Below are positions 55,304 to 64,000 of a DNA stretch of 64,000 nucleotides, piece by piece; the first letter of the stretch is position 1; every line of letters begins with the position of its first letter. The position numbers were made by a program, and so were the translations under genes. The stretch covers positions 248,001 through 312,000 of the forward strand of contig CT868008.1 of assembly GCA_000165425.1 (NCBI GenBank), read 5' to 3'. This DNA comes from Paramecium tetraurelia. Lineage: Eukaryota. The notes beneath the pieces are model-generated. The model worked only from the letters and a program-made list of their open reading frames with translations. It had not been told where the DNA came from and ran no database searches.

Positions 55304-56765
55304 ATGAATCCTAATAATACGACAGATGACACATAATCCTCTCTTTTGGATAAAAAATCCAAAAAGTCACAAGTTTTCCAAAAGATATTCTTCTTTACCT
55401 TGGGGGTGTCATCGTTGTCAGGTTGGAATGCCATCTTGACTGGGTTATCGTATTTTGCTGATTAATATGATGGTATTAATAAGACTACTAATATTTAGGG
55501 CGTAATGTCTATTTCATATTGCCAATCCCAAACTTCATAAGTTTGTGCCTGATTGGATTATTCTTGCCTAGGATCAGTTCTATGCTCTCGATGTTTTTCA
55601 GGATTGTGTGGTCATTAATAATTTTGTGCATTCTTTTGATTCTTTTACCAATAATAGCATTGTTAATACATAGTGCTCTAGGTATGAAATTAATGAATAT
55701 AAAAAGGATTTTGGTTATGTTTAACAACAATTTTCATGATGGGAATATTTTCATCACTTTAATAGAATAGTTCTATTGGGATGTCTGGGATTCTTGGTCC
55801 AGAGTATGTCAACGTCTTCTTTATTGGTACAGGTGCCTCTGGAACCATTATCACCATTTTCAGATTAATATCTTTGGCTGTAATCGAAAGCGAAAAATGT
55901 AATTCAAATCTATATAGTTTAGCAATATTTTTATATATTGGAATTGCAGTGCTTTGGAATATAGGTGCAATTTTGATGTATTTTGCATTTACAAAGACTC
56001 CATAATATAGAAAGATTATTTCAGCTCACAAAAAGGGCAGGAAGTCGGTTTTAGTTCACGATCAAATTGTTACCAAGGAGGAACCTGATAATTTAGTATA
56101 AAATGATAGTGTAATTTCTGACATCATCGATCCTGACACTTTTAATTAAAATAATTAAACTTAAGATTCAAATCCTAAAATTGATAATTAAGTAGCCAAC
56201 AAAGATACTGATCAAATTTCTATAGAGAAGATGAATGTAATCTAAACTTTGGTTTGGATTAATAAAGTTGCCTTTCCCATTCCATTATTGCTTGTGATTC
56301 TTTACATTTAAACATTTATGATGTTCCCAGGAGTAGCCTTCTAGAAGACTTTCGATCCCGATTTCATTAATTGGGGTCAATGCATCATTAGTTTAGGATA
56401 CAATATTGGAGATACCTTAGGAAAATTCTTAGCAGGAAATAGAAAGCTATTTAATCTACAAATTTTAATTGGAATATTTTTAGGAAGATTTGTTTTTTAT
56501 TACACCTACATCGCAATAGCCAAAGGAACCCTAGATGCCAATTGGATTTCATATTTAAACACATTCTTATTTGGAACCCTCAATGGATTTGTCACAACAG
56601 GCTACATGATATTGGGACCAGAGAAAGTAATTGAAAGTATTTATATTATAGACAAACGAAGGGTTTGTGAAAGAAAAAATTGGCTTTGTGTCAGGATTTT
56701 CCCTTTGCTTTGGCATTATGTTAGGGACCTTCATGGCTTTGCCGTTTGCCAATATATCTAAATGA
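55304..56765 (+). CDS. Equilibrative nucleoside transporter (ENT/SLC29 family)
   Basis: FFTLGVSSLSGWNAILTGLSYF, FFIGTGASG, QTFMMFPGV, YNIGDTLGK, LFGTLNGFVT, AFVSGFSLCFGIMLG-like last helix. Confidence 0.9.
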
Positions 56766-57033
56766 TTAAATTTTATAAAAGTATATAGGCGCATAAATAT
56801 AAATATAATTTTTTATCACCTTCTATTTAAATTAAAGTTCTTCTCATTCTTTTCTTCTTTTTTTTTAATTGAAAACAAGATTTAATTTTTTGCAATTGGC
56901 ATTTAAAAATGTCTATGAAATTTTGACAATTTTTAGTAGGGTCTTTTAAGGCAAGCTGATTATCACACTCAAAAATTTTTATTATGTGAATTATTTTTAT
57001 TATTCGAATCGTATTGTTGATTTTGGCGGATAA

Positions 57034-57796
57034 ATGGAAGTAATTTGATATTTCATAAACTTTTAGCAATTTATAAAGGACCGTGATTCCACAGATAGTA
57101 ACTCTATAATCATTTATATTTAGAAAAATCCCCCTAAAAATTAATTTTAGTTAGATCACCCAATACATATCAGAAGTAAAACTCACCCAAATAAAGCAAA
57201 GAGGAATTTAAAAAAAATAAGATCATAAAGAAGCTAGAATTTAATGATGAATTTCTTGTTATAAAGTAGGATGGAATAATTAGTCGAAGTACTCACTAAA
57301 TTCCTAAATGCAACTAAGGTATGAGTATTATATTACTAAGTTAATGCTTCATATACCTTGGGTCTTCTCAATTCTATAGAACTTAATCATAAAAATGAAA
57401 TTATTAACAAATTGATCAAAACAAATGACCATGAAATATTATAAGTGTCTAGAACTTCTAATAATATATCTTGCAAATGTCGTAAATCTAAATGCATTCA
57501 AAACTATTGTGTCTGTAGTGCCAATAATTAGGAATGTAAATCAAATTGTGAATGTTATAATTGTTCAAATAAATCCCCCAAATCTGCACCTCCCAAAATG
57601 TCTTCTATAGAGTTTAATGGATGTAATTGTAGAAAACAAAAGTGATCTTATTTAATATCATTTGCATAGTTGTTCCAAACGCTATTGTGAATGTCAAAAG
57701 AGAATGACCAGGTGCACTTCTAGGTGCAATTGTTGTGAGGATTGTGAAAACTAAGAGATCTAGCCCTAGCCCTTTCAATTAGATAGCTTATCCTGA
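57034..57796 (+). CDS. Tesmin/TSO1-like CXC (CRC) domain protein
   Basis: Two CXC units: CKCRKSKCIQNYCVCSANNQECKSNCECYNCSN and GCNCRKQ-CSKRYCECQKRMTRCTSRCNCCEDCEN. Confidence 0.85.
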
Positions 57797-58008
57797 TTTT
57801 AAATTCATTAAATAAAATTTTATTTCAGTTAACTTAAAATAAAAGGAAATAAAATTAATTTCAATAGATATTCTTTAACTTAATTTTTTTACATTCTAAA
57901 TTTAATAATAAGTGTAATTACAAATTGTTAATAATTGAAACGATATAAAGATATAATGAACATTTAGAAATGACAATAAATCAACTAATTTAAACATAAA
58001 TATAATAT

Positions 58009-60824
58009 TCATTTCTTTCCTTTCTTTTTTTATTTATTTTTATCAGTCTATGGCTTTTCTTCCTTTTTTTTTGGTTTTTCTTACTATTTAACATTAATAT
58101 TTTTTTATTTAGTATTCTTCTTCTATTTTTAATCGTCTTCATCATTCTCCTCCTCTTAATTAAATTCTTCATTTAAATCATCTTCATTATTTTTGGTCTT
58201 CTTAACAAAATTGGTTTAAGCTATTGCTCTTCTGTCTTTACCTAATCTATCTGCAGAATCCATAGATTATTTCATTGCTTTATTCAAAGCTGTTCTGACT
58301 TGTGATGTTATTTCAGTCATCAAGTCCCTTTTTGGGAACAATGCCAATGAACCAACAATACATTCTTCAAATTATTAAATATTTAGATTGTAGGTTTTTA
58401 ACAACGTTACTATTTCATCAATGCAACTTAAGCCAGCGCTTGCTAAACTTTAAATAACAAAGAATGAAAATGGTTCTATGTATTAAAATTTAATTGCTTT
58501 AGTATTTGTTAAATATGTTTATGAGGCAAATGCTTCTTTCACTTCTAAAATTTGTCTTTTAATTTTATTCTCACTCGATATTTTACCAAGCATCTAAGGA
58601 AAATTCACTTTTGAAAGTATATTCCCTTTCAAAATTTAAGTAGGATACATGGTTGATAAGAATCCCACATTTGGCATCAATCCCCACATCTATGATCTCA
58701 CCTTTGTATTCAAAACATCAGCATCAGCCAGTGATGAGGCAGCTAGAGAAATATTTTAAATTGAATTGGAAGGAGTCTTCTTCACCAAACTCAAGTCTAA
58801 ATAGTTCTCATGATAAAAGAATTGAGTCATATCTGGATCCTAAAAATAGAAGTCCATTAATTTATGGATAGGTAAGTTTTGTGAGTCCTTATAATTCAAT
58901 AGCATTCTTGTCGATTCATATAAATTGGTAGTAACTGAACCATCCTTTCCGATATTTTTGTCGATGTGCAATTTCAACCCAACTTTATGCATTTACAATA
59001 AGTTTAGCAATTATCTGATATCACACTAAGAAACCTCTATTTATTATTTTAATTCTGCAGGGTCGTAACTGATATTTTCAGATTTGCAGATGTATTCAAG
59101 TTTTTTAAAAATTTCCACTTAATTGGGCTTTTTAAACTATAAATCTAAACAGTAATTGGCTAGAGATCTCATCGATTATTTGTTTCTATCGTTGCAAATA
59201 CAAACAATAGGCACCTTTGTTAATCTGATCATATCAATTAAGCATTTATTTCCACCTCTATCACTACCAGTCATTCCATCTACTTCATCCATTAGGATTA
59301 TAGTCTTTCCTTCACTAATCAAATTAGCATCCTTAAATCTAAGCACTGTGTTGTCTTAAAGATGTTTCACATAATTTTCAATTTAAAGTTTACTTCTAAC
59401 ATCAGATGCATTCCATTCAATCAACTAATAAGACTTTTATTTTGCGATCAATCTGATAATGGTTGTTTTGCCAATTCCAGGAGGACCCGACAATAGGAGA
59501 GCCTTAGCAGCAAAGTTTTATGATTAAAATGAGCCAGGACAGACTGATAATTATAAATTAATAACATACTTTCTAATTAAGGCTTGCCCCATTTATCTAA
59601 CCATTTAACAATATTTGGGACATGTGTTTGATCTAGACAGTCTGATACTTTAGAAGGAGCATATTTATTAGTCCAAAGTTAACATTTTTATTTAGTGTCT
59701 TCAACCATTATTTACTCTATTTTTTGAACTTTCTTTTATTCTTCTTGGATTTGTTTATTTTTGGAGAAATTAACTATTTCTGGTTTCAATTCAACTTATT
59801 TTTCAACTATAACAACTTCACTGTCAAACTTAGCTCTAAGATTGCTTTTAACTTCTTAAACAGCCTAATTGGTAGGTTACTTAGATAGTTGCTATGGTTG
59901 TGACTTTTAGACTTATGAAGATTGTTAACTTTGTTGTTTTTATTATTGATCTGATTATTCCTTTATTTCTTGTCCATTTAATTGGTTATCTTTACATGCT
60001 AATTAATAGGATTTCTATAAATCATTTCCTGTATATGATATTAAATAATTATTAAAACCCTCTTCATCAAGAATCAAGTTCTTGTACTTTTGAGCATCCT
60101 TCAAATGTTAGCTATTTGAAATACTCTTGCCATTGTTCTGTAATGATCCCTAAAGCAAAATTGTATCCTAAAGAACTCTACATTTGTTGAATCCTCCATA
60201 GAGTTTAATAATCTTGACTAAATCTTCTCGTACGTATTTCCCTAAATTTCCCAATATATAATAAGACTTTCCTTCCAAAGGTAGACTTGCAGTGTTTTTA
60301 TGAGAATCCTCCTCGATTTCAATTTAGGCTACTTAAACATGTTCTTATTCAAATTGATTTCTTTTATCCTGTTCAAACGATTTAATTTCTACATCTGATG
60401 GTTGAGATGTGACTTTTAAAAGTTGAGTAGCTTGAGTTGTAGTTGTGGATGTTCTTGTGATACCAGCAAGATGTTTAAAGTTAGTAGGAAGGTCAAAGTC
60501 ACTGTCTTAATCATCAGACAGGTCACATCGTTTCTCCTCATCCTTTTAATTGGTGGTTTATTTGGTTTCTTCTACCATTTTGAATTCAATGACTTTTTGT
60601 TTTTTTGGTTGAGGAACATTCTAACCTTAATTCCCCTTCTGCAAAAAACGATCCAACTACTATTGTTTGTTTTCATCAATAAATTATAATCTTGAATATT
60701 TTTGCTTTCTATCGTCTTCCTAATCAGAATCATCAGATGATGAGTCCTATTATAAGGTTATTGGCTATTCGATTCGTGGTTTTTCTTCTTCGAGATGAGA
60801 TGCTTTTATTAATCTTTTTCTCAT
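58009..60824 (-). CDS. RFC1: Replication factor C large subunit
   Basis: BRCT-like region (LEGKSYYILGNLG), LWTNKYAP, LLSGPPGIGKTT, EWNASDVRS, ILMDEVDGMTGSDRGG, PIVCICND, FPQMLGK. Confidence 0.92.
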
Positions 60825-60983
60825 TTCCCGCTTTTTATAATTAAAAGATTATTAAATAAATAGTGTGAAATGAACATAATTATATGTGTTTATTAATTAT
60901 GATAATAATGACATTCCCCAAAATAAACACACAATTTCATTTTAAGAGATTGAGTGAAAATTAATTATTATATATATAAAAGA

Positions 60984-63079
60984 ATGTCTATAGCTGAATA
61001 AAAGTTTATGGTTGACGCCTAAGGAAGGAATCTCGTTGAAATGAGACCTCCTGGCATTTAAAACAATCAGCCCAATGATATCCAGATTACAGCTGAATAA
61101 TTATTGAAAGTATAATTCATACACATTATCATTTTAGGATGCTGAAATCCATCAAACCAAAGAGATTAGACCTCCTCAACAAAGGATCATGGATGAGGCT
61201 GAATTATAAGAGTATAAATTCAGGAAAAGAATCTTATTTGAAAACAGAGTTAGAAGATAAAGAAATTATCTGGGAATTTGGATCAGATATGCTTAATTTG
61301 AAGAAGGATTGTTAGAATTTAGGAGGGCTAGATCCATATACGAAAGAGCATTAGAGGTTGATCCTTCTAACATTGGAGTTTGGATGAAATATATCGAAAT
61401 GGAGATGAGACATAAATTTATTAATCATGCTAGAAATGTATTTGAAAGAGCAATTTACCAAATGCCAAGAATTGATTAGTTTTGGTTTAAGTATAGTTAC
61501 ATGGAGGAAGTCTTGGGCAATTATTAAGCAGCAAGAGAAATATTTAATAGATGGATGACATGGAAGCCAGAAGAAAAAGCATGGATGGCATTCTTGAAAT
61601 TTGAAGAAAGAATGGGAGAAAGAGAAAATCAAAGATAAATTATGTATAAGTATATGGAAGCATTTCCTAAGTTGAAGGTGTATTTGAAGGTAGCAAAATT
61701 TGAAATCAAATAAAAAGCTTGGGAGTCAGCCAGAAATATTTATGAGAGAACCTTAGAAGAATTGGGATAAGAAGCATTAAAAGAAGAATACTTTATAGAT
61801 TTTGGCAGATTTGAAATCAGAAATAAAGAATATGAAAGAGCTAGAGAAATATTTAGATTCGGGTTGAAAAACATAGCCAAGGATAAAGCATATTAATTAT
61901 ATTAAGAATACTTGGCATTTGAAAAACAATATGGAGAAAAGGATGAAATTGATTAAATCATTCTTAATAAGAGAAGAATATTTTATAAGGAATTAATATC
62001 ATAGAATGCATATAATTATGATGCTTGGTTCGATTTAGCCAATTTAGAAATGAGTACTAAAGATGTTAATAGAATAAGAGATTCTTTTGAAGCTGCTATT
62101 AAAAATGTCCCTCCAGGAAATGAAAAAAGATTTTGGAGAAGATACATATATTTGTGGTATAATTATGCTGTTTTTGAAGAATTAGAAGCAAATAATATTT
62201 AAAAGGCTATTGAAATATTTGAAAGAGCTATTTAATTGGTTCCACACCAATAATTTACATTCTCTAAATTATGGATTTTATATGCTTAATTATTAGTAAG
62301 AAGTAAAGATATTGATAAAATGAGAAAGGTTTATGGTTTGGCTATTGGATTCTGTCCAAATATAAAGATATTCCAGGAATACATCCAAATTGAATTGCAA
62401 TTAGCTAATATTGACAGAGCTAGAATATTATACTAGAGGTTTATTGAAATATTCCCAGATAATCCCATTCCTTGGATTAAATTTGCAGAGTTTGAAAATG
62501 ATTTAGAAGAATATGAAAGATCAGAAATGATATTTGAATTAGCATTGTAGAATAATCAAATGAACATGCCAGAAACTATATGGAGAGCATATATTGATAA
62601 TTAAATTAAGTTGTAGAATTATGAAAAGGTCAGAGAGTTATATGAAAAACTACTTGAAAGATCCAAACATGTCAAAATTTGGATCAGTTATGCTTAATTT
62701 GAGTTATCAATCAAGAATATTACTGGATTTAGAGCAGTTATGCAGAGGGGAGAGAAATGCTATATAGGAAAACCAGAACTCAAAGAAGAAAGAGCCATAT
62801 TGTTAGAATAATGGAAGGATATGGAAATAGAAATTGGAGATGAGCAGGAAATAAAGAAGATTAGTGATAAACAACCTACTAAAACAATCAAGAAGAGAAA
62901 AATCAAATTATTGGGAGATGAAAGTGAAGACTTTGGTATCTATTTATATTTTATTATTAGGTTATGAGGAATATTATGATTATATTTTCCCAGAAGAGAA
63001 TCCTCAATAGAAAAATCTGGGAATGCTCTTAAATAATGCTAAGTTATGGAAATAATAATAAGAATAAAGAAATGGATGA
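60984..63079 (+). CDS. CRNKL1: Crooked neck pre-mRNA splicing factor (Clf1/Syf3, HAT repeats)
   Basis: [80 protein letters not shown]. Confidence 0.95.
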
Positions 63080-63105
63080 TATCTTTAGTATTTTATATTA
63101 TATAA

Positions 63106-64000
63106 ATGATAATTTACAAATTGCTATATGCAATCGTAATATTCTCATTCCTATACATAATAATGGCGTCGATTTGTGATTATCATGATTCCAACCAGAA
63201 GAAACTAAAAACACATTATGTGCCTCTGTTACAAACCTTTATGATGGATAATACTAACTATAGCAAATTCAAATAAGCATATAATGTATGATTGTAATGA
63301 TTGTAAGGAAAGTAGTCTGAACATGATAGAAGAGCCAAGTTATTGTATTGAATCGGACACATTGGTAAGGTATATATAAATATTCTAAGAAACTTTTGCA
63401 TCCAGATATCCTCTTGGAGGATAAATACATAGTGAGAGAGCTTGACAGAGGGAATCTACAAAGAGAAATAATAAAAAAGAGAATGTTCGATTCAATCTAG
63501 AATTTATCTCCTTTAAATAGTAAGCAATAATAATAGGATTAGAGCCTTAAACCAAATTTTAACACCGTGTACCTCCTTAACTTTCTTATTTTTACACTTA
63601 CAAACCGAGATTACAGGATAATTATTACTTAGGTCAAGGATTGGGATGCATGTTTTAAAAATTTAATCATATCCCAGGCTTGTATAGTTTAGCAAGTAAG
63701 AATAGTTTAATTTACAATTATGCAAAATATATATATGATATGAAGATGAGGAATGTGAGTAAGCAATGTATTTAAAATGCTTCTTATGTGCCGCATACTT
63801 TGAGATTGAATGTCAAATAGGAATGCTAATAATTCTTTAAGAAATTAACCCAATTACAAAATGATTATAAGAACAATGTTAAAATGTATAATGGTCCAGA
63901 ATATTTGTTAAAAACTGATGAGCATCGTGGAGAAGGAATCAGATTATTGTTTTAAAGTCAAATGGAAAATATCACTGAAGTGTATCAGAATGGAGAAAAG
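63106..64000 (+). CDS. Tubulin-tyrosine-ligase-like (TTL/ATP-grasp) protein with an N-terminal hydrophobic segment, partial
   Basis: MIIYKLLYAIVIFSFLYIIMAS, then QKFNHIPGLYSLASKNSLIYN, YVPHTLRL...ECQQFF and YLLKTDEHRGEGI. Runs off the window end. Confidence 0.7.

Noticed and set aside
18365..57796. 3R-Myb and CXC (LIN54-like) genes as a DREAM/MMB cluster
   Set aside because: They are about 37 kb apart with many unrelated genes between, and both appear to be multi-member families, so co-occurrence is uninformative.
61351..61632. Minus-strand ORF, and similar shadow ORFs such as 49130-49408, 60423-60689 and 38899-39084
   Set aside because: These are antisense to well-supported genes and arise from applying the standard code.

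Overview
Very AT-rich, gene-dense eukaryotic DNA that reads as ciliate macronuclear sequence, most likely Paramecium. TAA/TAG are read as Gln, TGA is the only stop, and genes are split by tiny (about 22-31 nt) GT..AG introns, so the supplied standard-code ORF track fragments almost every gene. Hand translation in the ciliate code gives about 30 apparently intact protein genes. These include ZNHIT2-like, two Myb proteins, p23, Rab2-like, a bacterial-type D-Ala-D-Ala carboxypeptidase (peptidase S11/PBP), two leishmanolysins, a scramblase, an F-BAR protein, a Cys-rich surface protein, a kinase, CLUAP1/IFT38, UBTD-like, an LRR protein, CRAL-TRIO, NADP-IDH, BAH-PHD, gamma-glutamyl hydrolase, a multi-Kazal protein, an ENT transporter, tesmin/CXC, RFC1, crooked neck and a partial TTL-like gene. 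About six decaying pseudogene-like regions lie between them. Most notable: the PBP-like gene has all catalytic motifs and its stop codon overlaps the Rab start codon (ATGA); three consecutive scramblase introns share an identical 9-nt 5' end; and the TTL-family ligase has an N-terminal hydrophobic anchor. Coordinates are hand-derived and span introns. Family calls come from motif recognition, not database searches.
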